The notes beneath the pieces were generated by a model. That model was not told the origin of the DNA. It saw only the letters and a list, made by a program, of their open reading frames with translations, and searched no databases. Shown one piece after another: positions 24,238-36,353 of a DNA stretch of 64,000 nucleotides (positions are counted from its first letter, which is position 1; each line of letters opens with the position of its first letter). A program made the position numbers and the translations under genes. Origin of the DNA: Balanoglossus misakiensis (Eukaryota; Animalia; Hemichordata); contig CM082593.2 of assembly GCA_040954595.2 (NCBI GenBank), forward strand, positions 11,607,477 through 11,671,476. The letters are read 5' to 3'.

Positions 24238-27200
24238 AGTCAACCCTCACTTGTCCAGGCCATGCAAATGGAAAAGGAGTGTTCACAATTACATGATCAG
24301 GCAAAGGAAAAGGTTAATATCTTAATGTTGTTCGACTTTCAATTGTTTTTCATCTAATTTTACTTTTATTCACTTTACAGGAAAAGTAACAAATGGATTA
24401 TCATACTTTCTTAGCTTCAGATAATTGAAGACTTGAAAGGAAAACTCCCGCAACATGCAGGTTATACTCAGAGGGCTCTTGATAGAGCCCTTGCAAAAAT
24501 TAATGTACACTTGCAGGATTACCATAGCCAGGCCTTTGTTGGCAATCATGTCAACAAATGTTGCAAGGTTTGTCATACCATGTAGGATAAATATTGTTCT
24601 GAGTTTGCATGACCACTGACACTTTGTCAATTTGTTTCAAGTTCTCTTTCAGAATGTGTTTTCTTTTTTTAAATACAAACATTTTCCTTTTCAGTTTTTG
24701 TGCATGTCCACCAATCATAAGCATGCATTAATGTGAATCAACATTAGTTGTAATCAGGTTTTACTTTTGTGAAATGTACTATGCAGATAGTAAACATGTA
24801 GTTAGTTCATAATTTTCATTTTACATTTATTTACATAAATAATTGATTTTATATCTTTGTGAAAGAAAATGTTAAAAGACTGCATAACTGTTCATAGTTT
24901 TCAATTGTTACAAATTTTAGGTTTAATTTTTTCTATGTTCTGAACATGCCTTCGTGTACATGTCAGTGGAGTAACCATCTATTTTACTTTTCAGCCAAAG
25001 CATGTTACTATCCTTTGTGACAGTGTAGTAACTACAACTGAGAAATGTTGTCCTGATCTTTTCAGCAACGCTCGGCAAATTATGTCAAAGCATCAACAAC
25101 TGTTTACACACTTTGCTACCTGCCATAACATATATTCTGTGAATAGAGAACTCTGCGCAGAGGAAATTGATACATTGGGTGTGTTGAGTATACAATGTCT
25201 CATGAAAGATTTTATTTACCTTTTCATGTAATAGAGTTTCTAGTTGTACAGTATTTATTTCTCAGGTGCTGTTTGCATGCCAACATGAAGAAGATTGTAT
25301 TTTGGAGATTTGATTTCCCTACTAATATTTTCTCTGTTTCTGCATTTGTTTAGTTTAATGATTTCCATCTCAAAGTTTGGATAACATACTGTTGTATTCT
25401 ACAATTTGGGATATCAATCCATGCACAGGATATAAGCTTGTTATTTATTCAGATAAGTATTCCTGCATGCTTTTATTTCAGTATTTTTATTGTACTGTAT
25501 TTTTCAGTAGTTTTTTTAATGTCACAAATAACTTCAAATATATTACAGCTTCATTGTTTGTAAACACTTCATGTTATTGTTCTACAAATCAACTACAGTT
25601 CCTTGTGCACTTCCTACTAGCATCATTAAATATATAATACAAGTAAGCATCCCAATGCAATCTTATAGCAGTGCATGATTTTTGTTCTATATATATATAG
25701 CATATATATAGATTCAACTTACGCCAGTCTGTCTCATATAGAGCCGGTGCACCAGCCGAGTCACGCCGTAGGAAATCTGACTTGACCAACGTGGTCAATG
25801 TACGCCTGTTTCTGCTCTAGAGTGCCGGGACTTAGGAAACCGTAGGAAACCCGACGTGATTACCGTTGTTAACTTACGCCAGTCTGTGTCCTATATATAG
25901 TGCCGGGGCATCAGCCGTGCCAGGCCGAAGGAAATGTGAGTAGATCAACGTGGTCTCTGTAGGCGTGTTTCCGCTCTAAAGTGCCGGGGCTTCAGCTAAA
26001 CCAGGCCGTAGGAAATCTGACTTGATCACCGTTGCTAACGTACGCTAGTGTCTGTCATATTGTGACGGAGATATAGCCGAGCCAGGCCGTAGAAAAATCG
26101 ACTTGTTCAACGTTACCAGTGTGCAACTGTTTCTGCTCTAGAGTGTCAGGGTTTTAGCCGACTTATGCTGTAGGAAATCTGAGTTGATGAACGGGAATTC
26201 AATGTTAGAAAACCCGTGTGGAAAGTATCTCTACCCGTTTGAAACTAAGAAAAGAATTTATTATTATTTATTTTGTAAAAAAGACAATTTTCGAAAAAAA
26301 GAGTCGAAAAAGTAATTTTGTCTTGGGTGATTTAAATTATACCGCCTTTTCTGGAATTTGCAGCACTTTTTACAAGAGAACGACACTTCATGCTCCATAA
26401 TATTTCCGAAAAAATAAGAAAAGAGTTAATTTTTTATGATTTTTTTAAAATTTACCATTTTTGTCAAAATATGGCCAAAATGGCTATTTTTTCTTGAATT
26501 CCGTCAATATCTCTGCATTTTTGGAGTGGTCGAAAGTCTTAACATACAATCAACATGTCATATATGATCAGGGCACCAAATTCGAAGAACAAAGGTTTTT
26601 TTATTTGTTTTTCTAAAAATGACATTTTCAAGTAAAATTTGGTAAAAAGCAATTTTGTCTGCAGTGAGACAAATTAGACGGTCATTTGTGGAATTTGTAT
26701 CGATATATACATACGACGAGCATTCTATACTCCATCAGATTTCCGAAAATGTAGAAAACAGGTATTTTTGTAATTTTCAAAAATTTACCATTTTGACCAA
26801 ATTGTGGCTAAAATTGTTATTTTCGTGTTGAATGCCGCCAGTGTCACTGCTTTTAAAAGTCATAAAAACTTTTAACATACAAGCAATTGTTTATATATGA
26901 TCAGGTCACCGAATTAATAAAATAAAGAATGTTTTGCCTAAAAATGACCTTTTGGGTGCAAAAACGAATAAAACGCAATTTTGTATTAAATCAGCTCATT
27001 CAGAGTGCATTTTTTATAATCAGCACCATGTTTACATATAATGGAAATTTCATACATCATCAGATATCCAAATATGAAAAAATGATTTAGATTTTAGATG
27101 ATTGTCCAAAATTAGCTGATATCTAATAAATGTAGTATTGAACCGTTCTGTTCCCCCCCCCTACATTATATGCGGTACGCCGATGTGAGCTTACCCGGCA

Positions 27201-28851
27201 GTACTGCAGGCCGTGCCCCCAACTAACGTCGGTGTTTGAAGCGCCCTGGTTAAATTCGGGCTTTCTCTATAAATTGACAGACAATAATGCAGTCCTACCC
27301 GAACAAATGTCGAGTGTTGACCCGCTGTGACTTTCCCTCTTCGGTTTGCCCGACTTGCCAACGTCTTTGTACTAGAGTGTCGGGTCTTTTGCAGAGCCAG
27401 GCCGAAGGAAATCCGACTTGATCACCGTTGCTAACGAACGCTAGTGTCTGTCATGGTGTGCCGGGGTTTTAGTCGAGCCAGACCGTAGGAGATCTGACTT
27501 GATCATCGTGGTCAATGTACGCGTGTTTCCGCTCTAAAGTGCCGGGGCTTCAGCTAAACCAGGCCGTAGGAAATCCGACGTAATCACCGTTGATAACTTA
27601 CGCCAGTCTGTGTCATATAGAGCCGGTGCACCAGCCGAGTCACGCCGTAGGAAATCTGACTTGATCAACGTGGTCAATGTACGCCTGTTTCTGCTCTAGA
27701 GTGCAGGGGCTTCAGCTGAGCCAGGCCGTAGGAAACCCGACGTGATTACCGTTGTTAACTTACGCCAGTCTGTGTCCTATATATAGTGCCGGGGCATCAG
27801 CCGTGCCTGGCCGAAGGAAATGTGAGTAGATCAACGTGGTCTCTGTACGCGTGTTTCTGCTCTAGAGTGCCAGGGCTTTAGCCAAGCCATGCCGTAGGAA
27901 ATCTGAATTAATCAACGTTGCTAACGAACGCTAGTGTCTGTCATAGTGTGCCTGGGTTTTAGTCGAGCCAAGCCGTAGGAGAGAGACTTGATCAACGTGG
28001 TCTCTGTACGCGTGTTTCTGCTCTAGAGTGCCTGGGCTTTATCCAAGCCATGCCGTAGAAAATCTGACTTGATCACCATTCCTAACGTACGCTAGTGTCT
28101 GTCATGTTGTGACGGAGATTTAGCCGAGCCAGGCCGTATAAAAATCGACTTGTTCAAAGTTACCAGTGTGCAACTGTTTCTGCTCTAGAGTGTCAGGGTT
28201 TTAGCCGACTTATGCTGTAGGAAATCTGAGTTGATGAACGGGAATTCAATGTTAGAAAACCCGAGTGGAAAGTATCTCTACCCGTTTGAAACTAAGAAAA
28301 GAATGTATTCTTATTTATTTTGTAAAAAAGACAATTTTCGAAAAAAAAAGTCGAAAATGGTAATTTTGTCTTGGGTGATTTAAATTATACCGCCTTTTCT
28401 GGAATTTGCAGCACTTTTTACTAGAGAACGACACTTCATGCTCCATAATATTTCCGAAAAAATAAGAAAAGAGTCAATGTTTTATGATTTTTTAAAAATT
28501 TACCATTTTTGTCAAAATATGGCCAAAATGGCTATTTTTTCTTGAATTCTGTCAATATCTCTGCATTTTTGGAGTGGTCGAATGTTTTAACATACAATCA
28601 ACATGTCATATATGATCAGGGCACCAAATTCGAAGAACAAAGGTTTTTTTATTTTTATTTCTAAAAATGACATTTTCAAGGAAAATTTGGTAAAACACAA
28701 TTTTGTCTGCAGTGAGCCATATTAGACTGTCTTTTTTGGAATTTGTATCGATATATACATACGAAGAGCATTTTATACTCCATCAGATTTTCGAAAATGT
28801 AGAAAACGGGTATTTTTTGTAATTTTCAAAAATTTACCATTTTGACCAAAT

Positions 28852-29187
28852 TGTGGGGAAGTATCGTGGCAGTGATCAATACTCCCGGGAGGGGGTTCGA
28901 GTATACTGACGTCGGAAAAGAAGCGAACGATTCAGTGCTAGGTAAAACACTGGTTTATTACCATCTGAATCCAACAACAAAGTAACACCACAGAGCTCCT
29001 TACAAAATGCTGCCCGAAAGCGCCAAAACTGGGTTATATATAAGTCCCACGAACGCCGGAGCAAACACTCAACAATTACAATAAATCTGCTACAAGTATA
29101 AAGTTTGGCGGTAAACAAAGTCAACTCTGATAGGGTAAGAGTTTCCGTCACGTGATCCTTCTGGAGTAAATCTCTCACTTCTCCATA
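28852..29187 (-). repeat. BEL copy 1 3' LTR
   Basis: Direct repeat of 36354-36689; the adjacent PPT reads GCGCGGGGGAGAA on the minus strand. Confidence 0.95.
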
Positions 29188-29358
29188 TTCTCCCCCGCGC
29201 AAAGGAAAGTCTCGAAAATCATCAGAAAAAAAACATTAAATAACATGAAATATGATTAAAGTCACCTAAAGTGTTCAAGGATAATAAACTAATGTTCATT
29301 GTGTCAGTAAACATGATAACAGTCACAATGCGATCGAAATTGTTTTCCAATTTCAAAG

Positions 29359-30621
29359 TCAAATAGAGAGATCCGCTATTCGTACTCGAGCGGCAACTGC
29401 AGAGTCTCTGACAGGTCGTCTCGGGGGTACAACATCCGCCTTCACCGAGGAATCTTCAGAGGCTCCAGCTGTGTCGACTGTTTCAGTATTCGTGTTGGAA
29501 TCTGCTCCAATACCTGTATTATCTCCAGACACAGTTGACAGCTCCTTGGAGACAACTTCCAATGGGTACAATTTATGGATAGGTCGGTTTGTAGGACCAC
29601 CTGCGGTGTTCAACTCCGCAGATCGTACCAGTTTATCATTACCGAAGATCAACCTTGTTACAGTTCCTAAATGCCATTTCGGACGTTTGTCAGTGTCACT
29701 GTGTATTATCACGACATCTCCGACCTTGATGACATTATCACGAGTTCCTTTGGTGGGATGTCGTTCACGTAGGGCAGTCAGATACTCGGACGACCATCTT
29801 CGCCAAAATTGATCGTGAAATCTTGATAGATGTTCATATCTTTTGTTGATTTCACGATTATCACAGTAAGATGGGTCAATCACCTCTTCGTCGGTGATCT
29901 CGATGTACGGCAATGAGGTCAGTGTCCTGCCATGTAGCAAGTGATTTGGGGTCAATCCAATGTTGTCGTTTATACTGGATGACACGTACGTTAACGGCCT
30001 GTCGTTTAAAACGGCTTCAATTTCAGTCACAACTGTTGCGAGTTCATCAAAGGTTAGGTAAGCTCGACCGAGAGTTTTCCTAATAGCGTTCTTTGTCAAA
30101 GCAATCAGCCTCTCCCAGAAGCCACCAAACCAGGGCGCGCGCTTCGGTATAAACGTCCATTGTACACGGTGTGCGGCGAGAAAGTCATTTACTTCTGGCG
30201 TATCAAACAGTGTTTTGATTTCATTGGCAGCCGATAAATAAGTCGATGCGTTGTCTGACAGCATCCTACTCGGCAAAGAACGTCTCGCGGCGAATCTTCT
30301 GAACGCGTGCATGAACGTCTGGGTTGACATATCAGGAACCAGTTCTAGGTGAATGGCACGCGTCACCGCACAGGTGAATAAACAGATATAGGCTTTGGCA
30401 CGTGTCCCATCTTTGGCCTTGGTATAAAGATGACCCGTGAAATCCACGCCTGTTACAGTAAATGCTGGGACAATGTTCACTCGATAACTTGGTAGCGGCG
30501 CTTGCACTGGATTCGCGTAAGGTTTCCCGGTAACTTTGTTGCAAATGACACAACCACGTAAGACACCGCGTACAATAATCTGAATTTTGGGGATCCAATA
30601 TCTTTGCCTTATCTGTGTCAC
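29359..30621 (-). pseudogene. BEL integrase (rve core plus C-terminal domain)
   Basis: GVDFTG, LFTCAVTRAIHLELV, SDNA, APWFGGFWERL, FWRRWSSEYL, RPIHKLYPLE. Separated from the upstream domain by a premature stop at 30658-30660. Confidence 0.93.
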
Positions 30622-30657
30622 TGTAGATTGGACTCCCTGGTGAAGCGTCAGTTCGTG

Positions 30658-32165
30658 TCATTTCCGTATTATCAAATTTGTCAATTTATGATGCGAGGGT
30701 ATCAAGGCGGGAAATCTTGTGACGAAATCGATCGGCGCGTTATGGATTCTACTCCCACAGCGAAGTACGTCTTCTTCGTCAACAAATAAGTTCAGTTGTC
30801 GAACAATGGGCGCACATTTACTCAAGTTCAATTTCACAGACTGGATTTCGGCGTCATAGAACTGCCGTTGAATATGTTTAACCCACATATTTTCCGCTCG
30901 GTGCAGCTCATCAGGGGTAATTCTCCCGTGTTTCACCTCGGTAGATTTTTTCATCCGTGCGATGAATCTGAGGACATAACTTGTCACTCGTAATAGCCTA
31001 TCCAAGTTGTTGAATCTGGAAATGTCAACAACGTGTTGAATTCCGTAGTCATTGGGACTGGTAATTTCCAGATTTTCGCGATCTGTACATCGTCTGGCTT
31101 TGGGGGGAGCGAGTATTTCTGCCTTCTCGGTAGACTGATCGTTGATTCCGTTGCCGAAACGCGGCGGCAATCTGTCCGTCTCATCTGGTTCGATTGCGGT
31201 ATGCATCACATTAACATCAAACGCTGGGCAACTAGGCCAATCGCTTGTCTTTAGCCATGTTGGTCCATTATGCCATAGTTCAGAGCGTTCCATCATTTCG
31301 TAGGTTACCCCTCTGGTTAAAGGATCAGCTGGGTTGTGTTCTGATGGGCAGTATTTCTTTGTGGACTGAAATTCGCGAATTTCATCTACTCGATTCTTCA
31401 CAAACACCAGAAGTCTCTTCTCACTGTTCAGCCAGTGAAAGACAATTTGGCTGTCACTCCATAAATAACAACGAACTATGTCATATTTGGAGGACAGGGC
31501 TTCTTTAGCGTACTTGCTGAGACGTGTGGCTATTAACGCAGCCATCAATTCCAGTCGCGGGAGTGTAGTTTCAGCCACTGGTGCGGTTCTAGTCTTCGCC
31601 ATCACAAAAGACGTTTGCTGTCCTCTTTTCAAATACACTACTGCCCCATACGCTCTCTGGCTTGCGTCTGCAAAGGCGTGTAGCTCGCATTCATTGTCGC
31701 CTTCAAGTTCATCAAAATATTGTCGTTCGATCTTCGTGTTTCGCGAGTCTTTGAGATCTTCTGCGATGTGCATCCATTGAGTGTAGAGATCTGCGTTGAT
31801 AGGTTCATCCCAGTCTAATTCCAGTTTCCATAGTAACTGAATGAACAATTTGGCTTTGATCATTACAGGGGCGAGAAATCCAAACGGATCAAATAGCATC
31901 GCCACATAGCTGACAATGTCACGTTTGGTCACGAGTTCGGCACGCGACGACATATTAACCACTTTGGAGTAAGTCAATTCGTCAGATTTTGTTGACCACT
32001 GCATTCCCAAAACGGATACATCTTCGGTGGGTTCGTTCAGATTGTCACATGTAGCGAGTTCGTTTATTTGTTGACAGTTGGAAGACCATGCTCTGAGTTT
32101 GAATCCGCCTGATGTCATCAACTCATTGGCTTCATGGTAGTATTTCATGGAGTTTTCTGCAGTAT
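30658..32165 (-). pseudogene. BEL RT C-terminus plus RNase H-like (Pao 'peptidase A17') region
   Basis: FDPFGFLAP, LHAFADASQRAYG, TLPRLELMAA, WSDSQI, HNPAD. Confidence 0.92.
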
Positions 32166-33602
32166 TTATTTATTTTTATTTATTTATTACACAGATCAAC
32201 GGGCAAACCCACTTACAGATCTGGGAAACAATAAAAACAATTAAGTCACAAAACAAAAATTAACTGAAAAACAAGACACCAAAAAAGTAACACATGTCAC
32301 GTAAAATATAAATACAAATCAAGGAACAGTACCATTAAAATGACTGGATAAAATAGATTTAAAACTGTGGAGCGTAGAAAAAATATCAATATTACATTTA
32401 GAAGAAATCTCATTAAAAGCAGACATGCATCTGAGCATTGTCGAGAATTTTCTACAATTAACGGAGCGCAAGTCGGGTTTAAAAAGGGGTTTCTTGCGTA
32501 AATTTCTACTAGGGGCGTAAAAACATATTTGATTTAAAATACCAGGTGAATCATACTGTGAGTGGATAATTTTGTATAAAAAAACATGTCAAGGGTGAGT
32601 CTTCTGTTATATAACATTGGGATATTCAGTAATCTACAATAAATAGGGTAGCTGGACCTGCTGCAGTGAATATTGAGTTTGCAACAAATGTACTTCACAA
32701 ACTTAATTTGTACCCGCTCAATCTTGTCTGACAGGCCCTTTTGGTGGGGTGACCACACAACAGAGCCATACTCTAGAATAGATGTTACATAAACAAAATA
32801 TAGAGAAATAATAGCGGATATGTCATTAAAAGGCTGGCAGAGGCGCTTAATAAAACCCAGAGATTTGAAGGCTCTGGAAACTGTGTTATTTATGTGGAAA
32901 GAATAATTGAGATTAGAAGTAAGGTATATGCCCAAGTCCTTGATTACAGAAACACGTTGAAGGGGAGTGCCATTGATAGAGTAGTCAGTAGATGAAATAA
33001 CCCTTTTCTTTATGGTGAAACTGATGAGTTTGCATTTATTGATATTAGGTGACAACTTCCAGTTGTCACACCAGAGAGCAAATTTATCAAGGTCTTTCTG
33101 TAACAAGTCACAATCAGCGGAGGAGGTGATGGTACGGTAAATCTTAGCATCGTCGGCATACATGCTGAGCTTTGCAGAAATATCTAACAGTGATATATCA
33201 TTTATATACATTACAAAAAGTAGTGGCCCCAAGAGTGAACCTTGTGGGACCCCCGATGTAGCAGTGAAGCTGTTTGACGAGTGACTGCCAAACACCACCC
33301 TCTGTTGTCTGAGATGGAGATACGACGCTAGCCAGCTGTGCAAATTGCCACATATACCAAATTTGGCGGCTTTGTACAGCAGTAGTGTGTGACAGACACT
33401 GTCAAACGCCTTGCTAAAATCAGTGTAGATTGAATCTACCTGTTCTTTGTTGTTCAATGAAGCTGAAATGAAATCAGTGTAAGCCACTAAGTTGGTTGTG
33501 GTAGATCTATTTTTAACAAATCCATGCTGATCAATGGATATATTTGGTTGAACATGCTGGTAGATATGAGGGACAATGACAGCTTCGAAAATCTTAGCAA
33601 AA
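32166..33602 (-). mobile_element. 5'-truncated CR1-group LINE inserted in BEL RT
   Basis: Absent from BEL copy 2, which reads GCAGTAT|CAACTCC. Has a (TAAA)n-type 3' tail at 32166-32185 and a possible 3-bp TAT duplication. Confidence 0.92.
32534..33600 (-). pseudogene. Non-LTR reverse transcriptase fragment (CR1-group)
   Basis: QHGF..NRSTTTNL, YTDFSKAFDSV, SGVPQGSLLGPLLF, YADD, KDLG, LEYGSVVWSP, IERVQ. Probable frameshift near the C-terminus. Confidence 0.92.
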
Positions 33603-34650
33603 TATCAACTCCATCGATCACATTATCCACATAGATATTATTTCCCAATCTGTCAGCGGTGGGAAGTTGACTATTGTTCTCTAAATGCGTCTTGATAACC
33701 GCATTGAGGATGAATGGGGAACAGACTGCTCCAAACAAGACAGACTTAAACTGCAAAGTTATGAAGTCACTTTCTGGGTCGTTAATGTCCGACAGCCACA
33801 GAAATTTCGTGAATTTCCTCTCATCTTCTTCCAACCGAATGTTCAGGAATGCTTTCTCAATGTCAGCTGTGAAAGCAATGTTATTGGCGCGGAATCTCAG
33901 CAGAATCGCTGGCAGGTCATTTATTAATGACGGTCCAGTTTGCAAGCAATCATTCAAACTTGGATAATTAGAATCCTTCTTACAAGAGCAATCATAAACG
34001 ATGCGAATGGGTGTTGTGGTCGAATTCTTAACCACCGGACGATGTGGCAAATAGTGTCCGATATTCACGTCATCTTCGTCAACCTCTCCGATGAAGTCGC
34101 GACGTCTCTGTTCATTGATTATGTCGTCATATTTCTTGATGAGTTCAGAGGGTAACCTGCGTATCATATTACGCGTGCGTTTCATGGCGACATCGTGGTT
34201 GGTGGGTAGTGGAGGGTGATCTTCCTTCCACAGTAGTTTAGCTACGTATTTTCCTCGGTCAACTCTCAAGTGCGTGTCTCTGTAAGACTCGTACGTCAAC
34301 TGTTCATCAACTGTTGGATTGTCCTGAATACCGATCAATTCAAGGTCCCACATATTTTGGACCTGTGGTTCTCGGCCGATCGCAGTACTATCCATCGGTG
34401 TATACATGTCCGTTGCGCGATCTCCATGCAGTCCGTTGATAGAGTTCTCTGAAACTACGTTACTGGTATCAGCAGTAGAAATCACATGTAAGATATGCGC
34501 ATTAGAATCCACTTTGGGAGTTCCGAGGGGTCCGGAGAGTAAGTATCCAAATTTGGATGACCCAGCAGTGGGGCCGGACGCGCCAGAAATAACGTGTGAG
34601 CCCACGAAATTCCAATATTGGTCGGCTCCGATTAGAACATCTATTGGCCA
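33603..34650 (-). pseudogene. BEL reverse transcriptase N-terminal part
   Basis: YLPHRPV, RIVYDCS, SLNDCLQTGP, ADIEKAFL, FGAVCSPF, YVDN. Confidence 0.92.
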
Positions 34651-36320
34651 CGACTGAGAAAATGTGATTTGTTAAGTCCGACGATATCTCTGGAATTATC
34701 ATCGCGTGAATAGTTGAAGTATTCCCGTTCAGTTCATGAGCAGTTAGTTCGGTGAATCCCATGGTGCGTACTTTGGAATCCTTGCCACGGAAGGTCGATA
34801 ACTTTATGTGTTCGTGCCGCGTAGCTTTCGCGGACAGCTGACGGGCGAATCTCTCAGTGACGAATGTCTTATTTGCTCCTTCATCAAACAGGATGATGGC
34901 ATGTATGGGGGTTCCCCGTCCGACAGACAGTGGTACAAACGCAGTTTTCAGCAGCACTGGCCCAGTGTTTATCTTCTTATCCGTAAATGTATCGGTATTA
35001 GTCAATGTTACTTTGACATCAGAAGTACTTGATGATGGCGATGGCGAGGACGACGCTCCGGTTGGCGTAGTTGTAGCGGTGGGAACGTCGTAGTGTAGCG
35101 CAGAGTGATGACGTTTCCTACACTTTCTGCAGGAGTATTTTGTTTTACACTCCGCAACTCTATGTTTTCCAAAGCAATTAAAACATAGTCTGTCCTTCTT
35201 CACAATGTCCAGTCTCTCGCGCGTATCAGTTACCACAGTGCAATTTGACGCGAAGCGTGACCCTTTGCAGAACGGGCACGTTTTGACAGGGGCGCGAAAA
35301 TTCTGTTTACCTGTCATCTGCGTTTTCGTGTGAAACGCGGTTATTTCCGGTTCTCTGGTAGTGGCCATTGTTATCTCGTCGACCCGGTTGCCGGCTTGAA
35401 GGGCGTTTATCTCGTGTTGAATGGCTTTTCGTAGATCTGGTAATGTCCACGCAGCATTACCATGTTTTCTTGCTATCTGCTCTCGAATGTTAGGAGGTAA
35501 TTTCTCCCGTATTATTGGAACCAAAAGTTCGCCGTATGTGGTTTCCTCCTTACCCAGCGACTGAAGACCTCGAACGTGATTTTCAATCGAGTCGTAGAAA
35601 TGCCTTAAACTTTGTACGTCGGCGGTTGGGCTTTGTAGATTCCACAACGCGGTCATATGAGCATCTACTATGAGATGGGTTTGTCCGTATCTTTCGGTCA
35701 ATAAGTCAATCGCGTGCGTGAGTGGCAATCCGTTGATTGTTCTCGCTGCGTCATCTTTGAGTACACTCCGCAAATACGTAAACTTCTGAATGTTGTCCAA
35801 ATTAGTGTCCGAAGGTATCGAAGACTTGAATACATCGAAGAAACTCGACCATTCTATTACATTGCCTGAGAAAGTTTGCAGCTGGAGTTTCGGTAGAGTT
35901 ACTGTTTTACGAGGCGTCGCGTTGCCGAGGCTGCTTCCCGTTACATTACCAGTACTAGTAGTAGTTGTCCGCATCTCCGATTTGTTTTTCTTGATGAAAG
36001 ATGCGATGCGATGATTGTGTTCGAAGATTTCGGCGTGGTAGTCGCCTGAAGTTTCATTTTCTTCGTCAAAGTGTTCATCGTCAATTAGATCGAGGACGGA
36101 TCTTGTTCGAAAGTTGTTCGTTCAGCCCTTCCAGCGTGTCGAGTGTAGTCGGCTTGTCTGTACCGACGTCTACGAAATTGTTCATGAGGGTGTCGGCCCG
36201 GTTGAACAGTCGGGTCACTTGTGCGCGTTGACCACGACGCGATCTCTTCAGTTTTGTCAACGCTGTTGGCTGATCCTCTTGTTGTCCATCTTGTGGCGCG
36301 ATGTGTTCTTGTTCCGACAT
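34651..36320 (-). pseudogene. BEL gag (zinc knuckles) and aspartic protease
   Basis: LPKLQLQTFSG..EW..F, CPFC..C, CFNCFGKHRVAEC, CRKCRKRHHSALH, ILFDEGANKTF. Frameshifting deletions near 36095 and 34655. Confidence 0.9.
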
Positions 36321-36336
36321 CTTGCTCTGTTATACT

Positions 36337-36349
36337 GGTCTCGGCACCA
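36337..36349 (-). promoter_or_regulatory. Primer-binding site (tRNA-His- or tRNA-Phe-like)
   Basis: Minus strand TGGTGCCGAGACC, 4 bp inside the 5' LTR; the same sequence is at 59763-59775. Confidence 0.75.
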
Positions 36350-36353
36350 AAAA

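Larger units (their letters stand above)
21115..25178 (+). pseudogene. RAG1L: Multi-exon RAG1-like transposase/recombinase (N-terminal Zn domain, RING, ZnF, DDE core lacking the last exons)
   Basis: Kozak CACC-ATG at 21115. Phase-compatible exons: 21115-22162, 22340-22626, 22862-23104, 23221-23297, 23404-23606, 23923-24312, ~24415-24567, 24995-25178. Motifs: HRNL..CRIC, IHPNFICKDC, WTKH..CTVC, RING CPIC..C..H.FC.EC..CPVCR, KTGGQP, IWIKVGGDHGGG, TGDYEYL..YGLSGASGKYFCLWC, LPVLHISLG, FVGNHV. Lesions: frameshift ~21390, stops at 21548-21550 and 22950-22952. Confidence 0.8.
20454..25715 (+). mobile_element. RAG1/Transib-superfamily DNA transposon, 3'-truncated
   Basis: The satellite breaks after CCCCTACA and foreign sequence starts CACATGCGATTCCCC. 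It contains a spliced RAG1-like gene. The satellite resumes at 25716 at a point ~0.45-0.5 kb further along the unit, with no right TIR or TSD. Confidence 0.8.

Noticed and set aside
25179-25715. RAG2-like gene or right TIR
   Set aside because: AT-rich intron-like DNA with no kelch/PHD-like reading frame and no GCATGTG end.
28876-29202. 108-130 aa ORFs in the BEL LTRs as an accessory or env gene
   Set aside because: They lie within the LTRs, start in the PPT or satellite, and show no recognisable domain.
33487-33602. C-terminus of the 372 aa ORF as part of BEL RT
   Set aside because: It is out-of-frame read-through into the inserted LINE.
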